64,000 nt of DNA, taken from Gemmatimonadaceae bacterium (GTDB lineage: Bacteria; Gemmatimonadota; Gemmatimonadetes; Gemmatimonadales; Gemmatimonadaceae). The stretch covers positions 19,008 to 83,007 of the forward strand of contig JAICKA010000004.1 in assembly GCA_025928185.1 (NCBI GenBank). Direction: 5' to 3'. Below are positions 20,826 to 28,992 of the stretch, piece by piece; position 1 is the stretch's first letter, and every line of letters begins with the position of its first letter. The position numbers and the translations under genes are program-made. A model generated the notes under the pieces. The model was given only the letters and a program-made list of their open reading frames with translations. It ran no database searches and was not told the DNA's origin.

Positions 20826-22153
20826 CAGTCCGCTCCCCCTTCGCTGGTTGCCGATTCGAAGCGCACGCGCACGAACCGGGCGCGGCGCAGCGTGTCGAGA
20901 TCGCGCTTGTCGAGTCGTGAATACGCCGGGCTGATGAGCCGCCCGCGGTCGATGAATCCGAACAGAATCACGAGCAGCACGATGTTGATGCCGAGCATGA
21001 TCACGGCGAACAGCCAGTTCGACGGATGCAGGCCGGCGTATTCGAGTCCGACGGTGCCGCCGGCGATGATGACGATGTACGCCAGCGCGGTCGGCAGCAT
21101 GAACTTCCAGCCCAGCGACATCAGCTGGTCGTACCGGAACCTCGGCAGCGTCCAGCGAATCCAGATGAAGATGAAGACGAACACCATGATCTTCACCCAG
21201 AAGAACAGAAACGTCAGCAGCGTCTTCAGGAAGATGTGCGGCGCAACGTTGTCCCAGAGCGTGAACGGAATGTCCCAGCCGCCGAAGAACAACGTCGCCA
21301 TCAGCGCGCTCGCCGTCATCATGTTCGCGTACTCGGCGATGAAGAACATCGAGAACTTCATCGCGCTGTACTCGGAGTGATAGCCGGCGATTAGCTCCGA
21401 TTCCGCTTCCGGCAAGTCGAACGGCAGCCGGTTCGTCTCGGCGAACGCGGCCACAATGAAGATGAAGAACGCGATCGTCGTGTTGATCACGTTCCAGTGC
21501 GTACCCCATCCCGCCTGCTGCGCGACGACCTTGTCGAGCGAGACATCGCCGGCCAGGAGCAGCACGGGAATCGTCGACATGCCCATCGCGATCTCGTACG
21601 AGATCATCTGCGCGCTCGAACGCAGGCCGCCGAGCAGCGAGTACTTGTTGTTCGACGACCAGCCGGCCAGCACGATCCCGTACACGCCGAGCGATGCGAT
21701 CGACAGAATGAACAGGAACCCGATCGGCATCGGCGCGAGCGCCATGTCGATCGTGCCTTTCGAAGTCACCCACGGCGCGCCGTACGGAATCACCGACCAG
21801 ACGAGCAGCGCGGGAATGAATGCCAGTGTCGGAGCGAGGACGAACAGCGGCAGATACGCCTGGCCGGGGTACGTCTCCTCCTTCATGATGTTCTTCACCC
21901 CGTCGGCCACGGACTGCAGCAATCCGTGCGGTCCGACGAGATTCGGTCCGCGGCGATCCTGGATGAACGCGCACACGCGGCGCTCGAGCCAGATCACCAG
22001 CATCACGCCGACCATGTAGATCGTGAAGATGAGCAGCAGCTTCACGACGGTCGCCAGGAACCAGATGCCGCCGCTCGCCGGCGGCATGAGATGCTCGAGT
22101 CCGTTCGCCTGAAACGTCTGCTGCGGCGCGTCCTGCAGGAGCGCGAGGATCAT
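20825..22153 (-). CDS. nuoH: NADH-quinone oxidoreductase subunit H
   Basis: 442 aa, WLERRVCAFIQDRRGPN and ETNRLPFDLPEAESEL signature stretches. Confidence 0.93.
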   Translation of the reverse strand: MILALLQDAPQQTFQANGLEHLMPPASGGIWFLATVVKLLLIFTIYMVGVMLVIWLERRVCAFIQDRRGPNLVGPHGLLQSVADGVKNIMKEETYPGQAYLPLFVLAPTLAFIPALLVWSVIPYGAPWVTSKGTIDMALAPMPIGFLFILSIASLGVYGIVLAGWSSNNKYSLLGGLRSSAQMISYEIAMGMSTIPVLLLAGDVSLDKVVAQQAGWGTHWNVINTTIAFFIFIVAAFAETNRLPFDLPEAESELIAGYHSEYSAMKFSMFFIAEYANMMTASALMATLFFGGWDIPFTLWDNVAPHIFLKTLLTFLFFWVKIMVFVFIFIWIRWTLPRFRYDQLMSLGWKFMLPTALAYIVIIAGGTVGLEYAGLHPSNWLFAVIMLGINIVLLVILFGFIDRGRLISPAYSRLDKRDLDTLRRARFVRVRFESATSEGGAD

Positions 22154-23781
22154 GCGCCGGCTCCTGCCGGTGCCGCAGCACCAGCGACCGGCTTGCCGCG
22201 GAGGCCGAGCGCATCGTACGACAGTCCGGCGAACTCCGGATGCGCTGACGCGATCGCGCCGAACACGTCGCTGGCGAGCATATAGTTCGCCGACGCGCCG
22301 AGCTGCCCGAGCAGATCGGACAGCACGAACCAGCTCGGCCGCGCGAACCCCGGTGCGGCCTTGGCCTGCATGAACCGCTGCACGCGCCCGCGGAGGTTCG
22401 TGAACGTGCCTTCTTCTTCCGCGAAGTTCGCGATCGGCAGCACGACGGCCGCGGCGTGTCGCGCCCAGGCCGGCAGCGTCGTGCCGATCACGATGATCGC
22501 GCTCGCCCGCGCCACGTCGGGCGCATCGGCGCCGGCCAGCTCCTCGTCGGCGACGATCAGCACGTCGCCCGAGCCCAGTTTTTCCAGCGGCTTGTTCGAG
22601 CGCGTGAAGCCGAACAGCTCGGCCCCTCGGGCATTCGCGGCGCGATCGGCGCGCAACGCAAGATCTTCGACGCCTGGCAGTGGCGCTTCGTCGCCCTGCT
22701 CGACGCGGAACGCGCCCGCGCCGCCCGTTTTCGTGACGAGTTGGGACAGCAGGAACAATGCTTCATTCGACAGCATCGGCGACGCGAGCACGAATGCCTT
22801 CTTGCCCGCGAGCACGCGGCCCGCCTCGGCGATCGCGAGCTGCCAATCGGTGCCTTGCAGCGTTGCGCCCGCGCGCACCATTGGCACGTCGACGCGATCC
22901 TGCCGATTCATCCAGCGGTAGTTGAGCCGGCCGTGGTCGCACATGAAGTACGAGTTCACGTCTTCGTTCGGACGCGGCCGCAGACGCGTGACGACGTTGT
23001 CGCGTGTCTCGATCGTCATGTTGCAGCCTTGCGAGCAGTTCGGGCAAACCGACGCCGTGCGGTCGACTTCCCAGGAGCGCGTCTTGTTGAGCGCGTCCTT
23101 CGACAGCAGCGCGCCGACCGGGCAGAGATCGATCACGTTGCCGGCCCACGGATGCGTGAGGTCCTTGCCCTCGAACTTGCCGATGACGGCGCGATCCCCA
23201 CGCTCGCTGACGTTGAGCACCGGGTCATGAGCGATGTCGTCCATGAACCGCACACAGCGCGTGCAGTAGATGCAGCGGTTCGTGACGTAGAGGACGTCGC
23301 CGCCGAAGTCCTCTACGGGATTGAAGCGCTTGGGATCGCGCAGCCGTCCCTGGGCTCGGCCTTCGCGGTACGTGTAGTCCTGCAGCTCGCATTCGCCGGA
23401 TTGGTCGCAGATCGGACAATCGAGCGGATGATTGATGAGCAGCATCTCGAGCACGCCCTTCCGTGCTTCGAGCGCCTTCTCCGAGTGGACGTGCACGATC
23501 TGGCCTTCGGCGACGGTCGTCGCGCACGATGGGGCGAGCTTCGGCGCCTTCTCCACCTCGACCAGACACATGCGGCATACGCCGGCGACCGGAAGCCCGG
23601 GATGATAGCAGTAGTGCGGAACGAGAATGCCCGCGTGCTTCGCCGCTTCGAGAATCGACGTGCCTTCCGGCACGGTGACCTCGCGGCCCTCGATGGTGAG
23701 GGTCACTGTTTTCGGCACCGCCCCGGGCGGCGTGGGCGCGCCGAACGAAGCGTACGGCATCGATTCCGGAGTGTTGGGCAT
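22150..23781 (-). CDS. nuoG: NADH-quinone oxidoreductase subunit G (short form)
   Basis: 543 aa. Has 2Fe-2S (CRMCLVEV), HPLDCPICDQSGECELQ and CIYCTRCVRF...CPVGAL Fe-S motifs plus CPNCSQGCN. The C-terminal molybdopterin-like domain is shorter than in the E. coli and Thermus homologues (from memory). Confidence 0.88.
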   Translation of the reverse strand: MPNTPESMPYASFGAPTPPGAVPKTVTLTIEGREVTVPEGTSILEAAKHAGILVPHYCYHPGLPVAGVCRMCLVEVEKAPKLAPSCATTVAEGQIVHVHSEKALEARKGVLEMLLINHPLDCPICDQSGECELQDYTYREGRAQGRLRDPKRFNPVEDFGGDVLYVTNRCIYCTRCVRFMDDIAHDPVLNVSERGDRAVIGKFEGKDLTHPWAGNVIDLCPVGALLSKDALNKTRSWEVDRTASVCPNCSQGCNMTIETRDNVVTRLRPRPNEDVNSYFMCDHGRLNYRWMNRQDRVDVPMVRAGATLQGTDWQLAIAEAGRVLAGKKAFVLASPMLSNEALFLLSQLVTKTGGAGAFRVEQGDEAPLPGVEDLALRADRAANARGAELFGFTRSNKPLEKLGSGDVLIVADEELAGADAPDVARASAIIVIGTTLPAWARHAAAVVLPIANFAEEEGTFTNLRGRVQRFMQAKAAPGFARPSWFVLSDLLGQLGASANYMLASDVFGAIASAHPEFAGLSYDALGLRGKPVAGAAAPAGAGA

Positions 23782-25098
23782 CTACGCTACCGCCGCTGGC
23801 ACGAGGACGTGTTTCTTGTTTTTGATGAGCGCCTCGAAATCGCCGCGGAACTTCTTGATTCCGCTCGCGACGGGCGTCGCGCATGAGTCGCTCAGGACGC
23901 AAATCGTCTTGCCGGTCATGTTGTCGCCGATCGAGAGGAGCGTGTCGAGATCCTCCGACGTGCCGTCGCCGGCGACGATCCGCTCGAGGATGCGTGTCGT
24001 CCACGCCGTGCCCTCTCGGCACTGGGTGCATTGCGCGCAGCTCTCGTGGGCAAAGAAGCGGGTGGCGCGCGCGATCTGCTTCACCAGGTTCTGTGCGTCA
24101 TCGATCACGATCACGCCGCCCGATCCCAGCATCGTGCCTTGTGCGACGAAACCCTCGTAATCCATCAGGCTGGCTTCGGCTTCCTCGACTGTCTGGATCG
24201 GCACCGAGATGCCGCCAGGGATGATTGCCTTGAACTTTCGGCCGGGCAGTGGACCTCCACACAAGTCATAGAGGAAGTCCTTGAATGGAAAGCCCATCGG
24301 CACCTCGTACAGCCCCGGCCGAGCGATGTTGCCGCACACCGAATAGAGCTTGGTGCCCGTGCTCTTCGGGTTGTCGGCGCGCATCCATTGCTTGTACCAC
24401 GCGGCGCCGTTGTTCAGGATCTGCGGCACCGCCGCGAGCGTCTCGACGTTGTTGATCGTCGTCGGCTGGCCAAAGACTCCCGCCACCGCGGGAAACGGCG
24501 GCTTGATGCGCGGGTTTCCGCGGCGGCCTTCGATCGAGTTCATCATCGCGGTCTCTTCACCGCAGATGTACGCGCCGGCGCCGCGATGTACGTAGATGTT
24601 GATCGTCTTGCCGCTGCCCATCGCGTTCTTGCCGAGAATCCCGGCGGCGTAGCATTCCTTGATGGCGTTCTCGACCCGCACGAGCGGTTCGGTGAACTCG
24701 CCGCGAATGTAGATGTAGCAGGTCTCGGCGCCGATGGCGTACGAACCGATCGCGCACCCTTCTACGAGCGCGTGCGGCGTCCACCGCATTATTTCGCGAT
24801 CTTTGAACGTCCCGGGCTCGGACTCGTCGGCGTTGCAGCAGAGATAATGCGGCTTCCCATCCCCCGGCTTCATGAACGACCATTTGACGCCGGTCGGAAA
24901 GCCTGCGCCGCCCCGCCCGCGCAGACCGGAGTCCTTGACGATCGTGACGATATCGGCCGGCGCCATCCCAAGCGCGTTCTTCAGCGCCGTGTAGCCGCCG
25001 CGCTTCTTCCAGCCGTCCAGCGTGATCGCATCGGGGTCGCCGAAATACTTCGAAAGGACGGTCGCCTCGCGCGCGTGTGGCTTGTGCGGATATCCCAT
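23782..25098 (-). CDS. nuoF: NADH-quinone oxidoreductase subunit F
   Basis: 438 aa, GLRGRGGAGFPTG (FMN/NADH site) and ESCAQCTQCREG (N3 cluster). Confidence 0.95.
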   Translation of the reverse strand: MGYPHKPHAREATVLSKYFGDPDAITLDGWKKRGGYTALKNALGMAPADIVTIVKDSGLRGRGGAGFPTGVKWSFMKPGDGKPHYLCCNADESEPGTFKDREIMRWTPHALVEGCAIGSYAIGAETCYIYIRGEFTEPLVRVENAIKECYAAGILGKNAMGSGKTINIYVHRGAGAYICGEETAMMNSIEGRRGNPRIKPPFPAVAGVFGQPTTINNVETLAAVPQILNNGAAWYKQWMRADNPKSTGTKLYSVCGNIARPGLYEVPMGFPFKDFLYDLCGGPLPGRKFKAIIPGGISVPIQTVEEAEASLMDYEGFVAQGTMLGSGGVIVIDDAQNLVKQIARATRFFAHESCAQCTQCREGTAWTTRILERIVAGDGTSEDLDTLLSIGDNMTGKTICVLSDSCATPVASGIKKFRGDFEALIKNKKHVLVPAAVA

Positions 25099-25673
25099 CA
25101 GCCGAGTTTCGAGAGAATTCCGGGCACACCTTCAGGAGTGACCGACTCGATGAAATCCTCATTGATCATGACCGGCGTCGCAAAACCGCACGCCCCGAGG
25201 CATTCGACTTCGATCACTGTGTACTTGCCGTCGGGCGAAGTCTGGCCAAGCTCCTGGCAGCCCGTGTGCTTCAGGAACGACTCGACGACCTGCTCGGCGC
25301 CGCAAATGTTGCACGGTGACGTCGTGCAGACCTGTATGAAGTGGCGACCGACCGGATGTTGATGGTACATCGTATAGAACGTCACGACGCCTTTCACGTA
25401 TGCCGGTGTGAGCTCGAGCACCTCTGCGACTTCCGCCATGGCATCGTCGCTCACCCATCCGTGTTCGTGCTGCACCATCCAGAGGGCGGCGAGCAGCCCG
25501 GCCGTCTTCGTCGGGTAACGCGACAGCACCTCGTCCAGTTCCTTCCGTCGCGCGCTGCCCGGCGCGAAGACCGGCGTGTACGGGCCGTGCGGATGATCGC
25601 CGTGCGATGCCTCGGCAGGCGCCCGGAGGTCGCCGACTTCGCGATGGACGCGGAAATAGGTGGGATCGCTCAT
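25098..25673 (-). CDS. nuoE: NADH-quinone oxidoreductase subunit E
   Basis: 191 aa from the ATG at 25673 (ATGA overlap with the nuoD stop). CTTSPCNICGAE...CLGACGFATPV 2Fe-2S motifs. ~40 aa N-terminal extension. The rest of ORF 25098..26564 is shadow. Confidence 0.9.
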   Translation of the reverse strand: MSDPTYFRVHREVGDLRAPAEASHGDHPHGPYTPVFAPGSARRKELDEVLSRYPTKTAGLLAALWMVQHEHGWVSDDAMAEVAEVLELTPAYVKGVVTFYTMYHQHPVGRHFIQVCTTSPCNICGAEQVVESFLKHTGCQELGQTSPDGKYTVIEVECLGACGFATPVMINEDFIESVTPEGVPGILSKLG

Positions 25674-26983
25674 CGGTCGATCTCTCCCATCACGATGTCG
25701 ATCGAGGCATTGATCGCGATCACGTCGGAGAGCAGATGGCCTTCGACCATGCGCGGAATCGCCGAGAGGTTCACGAAGGACGGCGGCCGAATGCGCCAGC
25801 GAACCGGCTTGGACGATCCGTCCGAGACCATATAGTAGCCCTTCTCGCCCTTCGGACTTTCGACGGCGACGTAGGACTCGCCGCGGGGCGGCCGCGGTCC
25901 TTCCATTACCTGCTTGAAGTGGTGGATCATCGACTCCATGTCGCTGGTCGCCTTGCTCTTCGGCGGCAGGATCGCGCGATGATCGGCGACGTTCACCGGC
26001 CCGTCGGGCAGCCGCTTGATCGCCTGCTCGAGGATGCGCGTCGACTGCCGCAGCTCTTCCATGCGGACGAGGTAGCGATCGTAGACGTCGCCGTTCGTGC
26101 CGACCGGAACGTCGAAGTCGTACGTTTCGTAATCGAGATACGGGAAGTCCTTTCGCATGTCCCACGCGACGCCGGACGCGCGCGCCATGGGGCCCGACAA
26201 TCCGTAGTTCACCGCCTCGTCGGCTGACATCACGCCGAGGCCGACCGTGCGCCCGACCCAGATGCCGTTCCGCGTGATGACGCGGTCGATCTCGCTGACG
26301 GTCTCGGGAAAGTGCTTGACGAACGCGGTGAGCTGGTCGACCCAGCCGTCGGGAATGTCGGCGCCCATGCCGCCCACGCGTGTGAACGTCGTGGTGAGCC
26401 GCGCGCCGATCCAGTTCTCGAACAGGTTGTAGACGTTCTCGCGTTCCTGGAACGACCAGAGGAACGGAGTGAACGCGCCGATGTCGATGCAGGTGGTGCC
26501 GAGCCAGACGAGGTGCGAGATGATGCGCGACAGCTCCATGAGAATGACGCGCAGCACCTTGCACCGCTCGGTGATCTCGATGCCGAACAGCCGCTCCGCG
26601 CCGAGCGCGAACGCGACGTTGTTGCCGGGCGAATTCAGATAATCCTCACGATCCGTCCACGGGATGATCTGATTGTATTGCCGGTACTCGCCGATCTTCT
26701 CGAAGCCGCAATGCAGGTAGCCGATGTGCGGAATGCACCGGACCACCGTTTCACCATCGAGCTCGAGCACCAGGCGGAGCACGCCGTGCGTCGCCGGATG
26801 CTGCGGGCCGATGTTGATGAGCATGTGCTCGCCCTGCAGCCCGGGCTCGATCGACGACGGCACTTCCACCGACACCGGCGCGCCCTGCTCGTCGACGACG
26901 AGCGGCACGCGCCGCGGCCGGCCCTGGGCATCCAGACCGGTGGTGGAAAGCTCGACCTCGACCGTGCGTTTCGTCGTCGCCAT
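25670..26983 (-). CDS. nuoD: NADH-quinone oxidoreductase subunit D
   Basis: 437 aa, NIGPQHPATHGVLRL and the C-terminal DIVMGEIDR signature. Confidence 0.95.
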   Translation of the reverse strand: MATTKRTVEVELSTTGLDAQGRPRRVPLVVDEQGAPVSVEVPSSIEPGLQGEHMLINIGPQHPATHGVLRLVLELDGETVVRCIPHIGYLHCGFEKIGEYRQYNQIIPWTDREDYLNSPGNNVAFALGAERLFGIEITERCKVLRVILMELSRIISHLVWLGTTCIDIGAFTPFLWSFQERENVYNLFENWIGARLTTTFTRVGGMGADIPDGWVDQLTAFVKHFPETVSEIDRVITRNGIWVGRTVGLGVMSADEAVNYGLSGPMARASGVAWDMRKDFPYLDYETYDFDVPVGTNGDVYDRYLVRMEELRQSTRILEQAIKRLPDGPVNVADHRAILPPKSKATSDMESMIHHFKQVMEGPRPPRGESYVAVESPKGEKGYYMVSDGSSKPVRWRIRPPSFVNLSAIPRMVEGHLLSDVIAINASIDIVMGEIDR

Positions 26984-26989
26984 CGATCC

Positions 26990-27694
26990 CTATTCTCCCG
27001 TCGGTTCGCCCGATTCCAGCCGGCGCTGCATGTCGTTCGGGAGATCCTCGAACGCTTCGGCGATCGACAACTCCTCCTTCGAGTAGCGCGCCTCCGGATT
27101 GGCCGCGAGTGCCTGACGCAACTGCTCCGAGCGGCTGAAACGACCGCGCAGCGGAAAGTCCTTGCGCAGCGGAAAGCCCTCGGCGTACTGCTCCCACATC
27201 AGCAGGCGCCGCAGGTCGGGATGGCCGTTGAATCGAATGCCGAACATGTCGTAGCACTCGCGTTCGAGCCAATCGGCACTCTTATAGATGTCCCACACAC
27301 TCGGCACCTCGAGGGTCGACCCACGCTCGAGCTGCACTTTGACCCGGAGAAAGCGGCGGAACGGCAGCGAGCGAAGGTGCCAGACCACCTCGATCGGCTC
27401 TTCGAGATCGCGGAACTCGACCGCCGTGACGTCGGACAGATAGTCGTACCGCTGCGCGTCGTCGTCGTGCAGCCATTGAATGATGTCGTGCACCCGCGCG
27501 CCGTCGACCACGATCGTAGTTTCGCCCCATACGACCTCGGCGCGCGTGATCGCGCCGGCGAATCGACCGTGGAGCGCGTCGACCGACGGATTCATCGCAC
27601 CGCCGCGATGCGGAATCTCCTTTGGCGTCGACGGCGGCGCGGCGTCGCCGGGCAGTGCGCGCCCGGCGGCCGTCGGCGTGAACCCGTTGCTCAC
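26990..27694 (-). CDS. nuoC: NADH-quinone oxidoreductase subunit C
   Basis: [22 protein letters not shown] signature. Start proposed at the GTG at 27694 (GTGA overlap with the nuoB stop). My hand tally of third-position G+C over the 33 extra codons is about 85%. The conservative alternative start is the ATG at 27595 (MNPSVDAL). Confidence 0.82.
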   Translation of the reverse strand: MSNGFTPTAAGRALPGDAAPPSTPKEIPHRGGAMNPSVDALHGRFAGAITRAEVVWGETTIVVDGARVHDIIQWLHDDDAQRYDYLSDVTAVEFRDLEEPIEVVWHLRSLPFRRFLRVKVQLERGSTLEVPSVWDIYKSADWLERECYDMFGIRFNGHPDLRRLLMWEQYAEGFPLRKDFPLRGRFSRSEQLRQALAANPEARYSKEELSIAEAFEDLPNDMQRRLESGEPTGE

Positions 27695-28311
27695 AGGCCG
27701 GAACGCGTTTGATGCACCGAATTCCCGAACGGCTCCGAGATCTCGTCGATCACCGCCGGCGACACATACAGCTGCGTCGTTGGATCGGGCTCCATTTCCT
27801 GGCGGAGCGACGGATCGCTCGACCGCTCGTGCTGAATCTTCTTCTGCAGCATCATGATGCCGTAGATCAGACCTTCGGGCCGCGGCGGACAGCCGGGGAC
27901 GTAAACGTCGACGGGAATGATCGCGTCGATGCCCTGCACCACCGCATAGTTGTCGAACATGCCGCCCGACGACGCGCACGCGCCCATCGAGATGCACCAC
28001 TTGGGCTGCGGCATCTGCTGCCAGATGCGGCGCAGCACCGGCGCGAGCTTGAACGGCACGCGCCCAGCGCAGATCAGCAGGTCCGCCTGACGCGGCGAAA
28101 AGGCCTGGCGCTCCATGCCGAAGCGCGCGATGTCGTACTTGCTCGCGGCGGTCGCCATGAACTCGATCGCGCAGCACGCGGTCCCGAACGGCATTGGCCA
28201 GAGCGAGTTCTTGCGGCCCCAGTTGACGAATTGGTCGAGCCTGGTCGTGAGCCAGGGCTCATCGCTCGACATCTCGACTCTGTGAGGCTCCGGACGTGGA
28301 CTCAATCCCAT
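27691..28311 (-). CDS. nuoB: NADH-quinone oxidoreductase subunit B
   Basis: [18 protein letters not shown] and VPGCPPRPE (N2 cluster ligands). The ATG at 28311 is preceded by AAGGGAG at about 7 nt. The GTG at 28332 is an alternative start. Confidence 0.9.
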   Translation of the reverse strand: MGLSPRPEPHRVEMSSDEPWLTTRLDQFVNWGRKNSLWPMPFGTACCAIEFMATAASKYDIARFGMERQAFSPRQADLLICAGRVPFKLAPVLRRIWQQMPQPKWCISMGACASSGGMFDNYAVVQGIDAIIPVDVYVPGCPPRPEGLIYGIMMLQKKIQHERSSDPSLRQEMEPDPTTQLYVSPAVIDEISEPFGNSVHQTRSGL

Positions 28312-28706
28312 TGCAGCGCTCCCTTCTTCCACACGTAGATGAAACCGACGAGCAGAATGATGATGAAGACGATCATCTCCGAGAGCCCGAACAGCGACAT
28401 GCGTCCCGCGGGACAGACGTTATTGGCAAGGGGCACCGTGCAGGAGAGCTGCCGGTAGTACGCGCCCCACGGAATCATGAAGACCGTTTCGATGTCGAAG
28501 ATGATGAACAGAACCGCGACCATGTAGAACTTGACCGAAAAGCGCTCGTGGGCGTCGCCGAGTGGGGGAATGCCGGACTCGTACGGCGTCTGCTTGACGG
28601 GACTGGGGCGCGGGCGGAGGGTGAGATGGGAGAGGCCGAGCATTACGATCGCGTTGACGACCACAAAGCCCAGGAGCAGCAACACCGGGAAGTACGTGTG
28701 GAGCAT
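28302..28706 (-). CDS. nuoA: NADH-quinone oxidoreductase subunit A
   Basis: 134 aa from the ATG at 28706 ([14 protein letters not shown]...YESGIPP...[10 protein letters not shown]). GGGAGA SD upstream. The upstream part of ORF 28302..29075 translates the repeat tracts and is not coding. Confidence 0.9.
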   Translation of the reverse strand: MLHTYFPVLLLLGFVVVNAIVMLGLSHLTLRPRPSPVKQTPYESGIPPLGDAHERFSVKFYMVAVLFIIFDIETVFMIPWGAYYRQLSCTVPLANNVCPAGRMSLFGLSEMIVFIIILLVGFIYVWKKGALQWD

Positions 28707-28719
28707 GGGTCTCCCAACT

Positions 28720-28737
28720 TCGTGAAAACTTTCACTA
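28720..28737. promoter_or_regulatory. Rex-operator-like palindrome in the nuoA leader
   Basis: tcGTGAAAacTTTCACta has perfect 6+6 inverted arms. By my alignment it matches 12 of 14 specified positions of the Rex consensus TTGTGAA-N4-TTCACAA. It lies between the putative -10 (28751-28756) and the nuoA SD/start. Confidence 0.4.
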
Positions 28738-28750
28738 AGTCCGCGGGCGA

Positions 28751-28780
28751 AAATTACCCTGTTTCCGGAAACGATGTCAA
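28751..28780 (-). promoter_or_regulatory. putative sigma70-type promoter of the nuo operon, with a 12-bp palindrome in the spacer
   Basis: Minus strand reads TTGACA (28780-28775), an 18-nt spacer, then TAATTT (28756-28751), about 45 nt upstream of the nuoA ATG. The spacer contains the perfect palindrome GTTTCCGGAAAC (28761-28772). Confidence 0.4.
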
Positions 28781-28786
28781 TTGCTT

Positions 28787-28829
28787 GAGAGAGGAGAGTG
28801 GAGAGAGGAGAGAGGAGAGAGGAAGGAAG
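28787..28829. repeat. homopurine (GGAGAGA)n tract, left arm of an inverted pair
   Basis: 42 of 43 bases are purines on the plus strand. The core ggagagaggagagaggagagagg (28800-28822) is a mirror repeat and the exact reverse complement of 28961-28983. Confidence 0.9.
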
Positions 28830-28872
28830 TGCGCCGGAGCGGTTGAGCGGGGAGCGAGCGTGCGCGGCGAGC

Positions 28873-28901
28873 TTGGCGTGGCGCAGGACGCGAAATAACT
28901 T
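28873..28901 (+). promoter_or_regulatory. putative promoter of dcd
   Basis: TTGGCG (28873-28878), a 17-nt spacer, then TAACTT (28896-28901). The -10 has the same TAnnTT form as the other putative promoters in this window. It lies between the two repeat arms. Confidence 0.3.
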
Positions 28902-28952
28902 CCGCGCGGCGCCGGTCTGTCGTCTGTGCTCTCGCACCTCGCCTCTCGGTGG

Positions 28953-28988
28953 TTCCCTCTCCTCTCTCCTCTCTCCTCTCTCCTCTCC
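28953..28988. repeat. homopyrimidine (TCCTCTC)n tract, right arm of the inverted pair
   Basis: 36 of 36 bases are pyrimidines on the plus strand. The core cctctctcctctctcctctctcc (28961-28983) is the reverse complement of 28800-28822. The tract ends 4 nt before the dcd ATG. Confidence 0.9.
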
Positions 28989-28992
28989 ATCA

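Noticed and set aside
20826-22214. N-terminal ~460 aa of the 627-aa ORF 20331..22214
   Set aside because: Only the last 164 aa (NuoI) carry ferredoxin motifs. The upstream part is an out-of-frame read over nuoH with no stop codon, because of the G+C richness.
28787-28988. CRISPR array or MITE interpretation of the heptamer tracts
   Set aside because: It is not CRISPR: the units are 7 nt, there are no unique spacers and no cas genes. The MITE interpretation is not established: there is no target-site duplication at the flanks (..caattgctt | atcaatgat..) and the interior carries a plausible dcd promoter. I keep it only as an alternative hypothesis in the finding.
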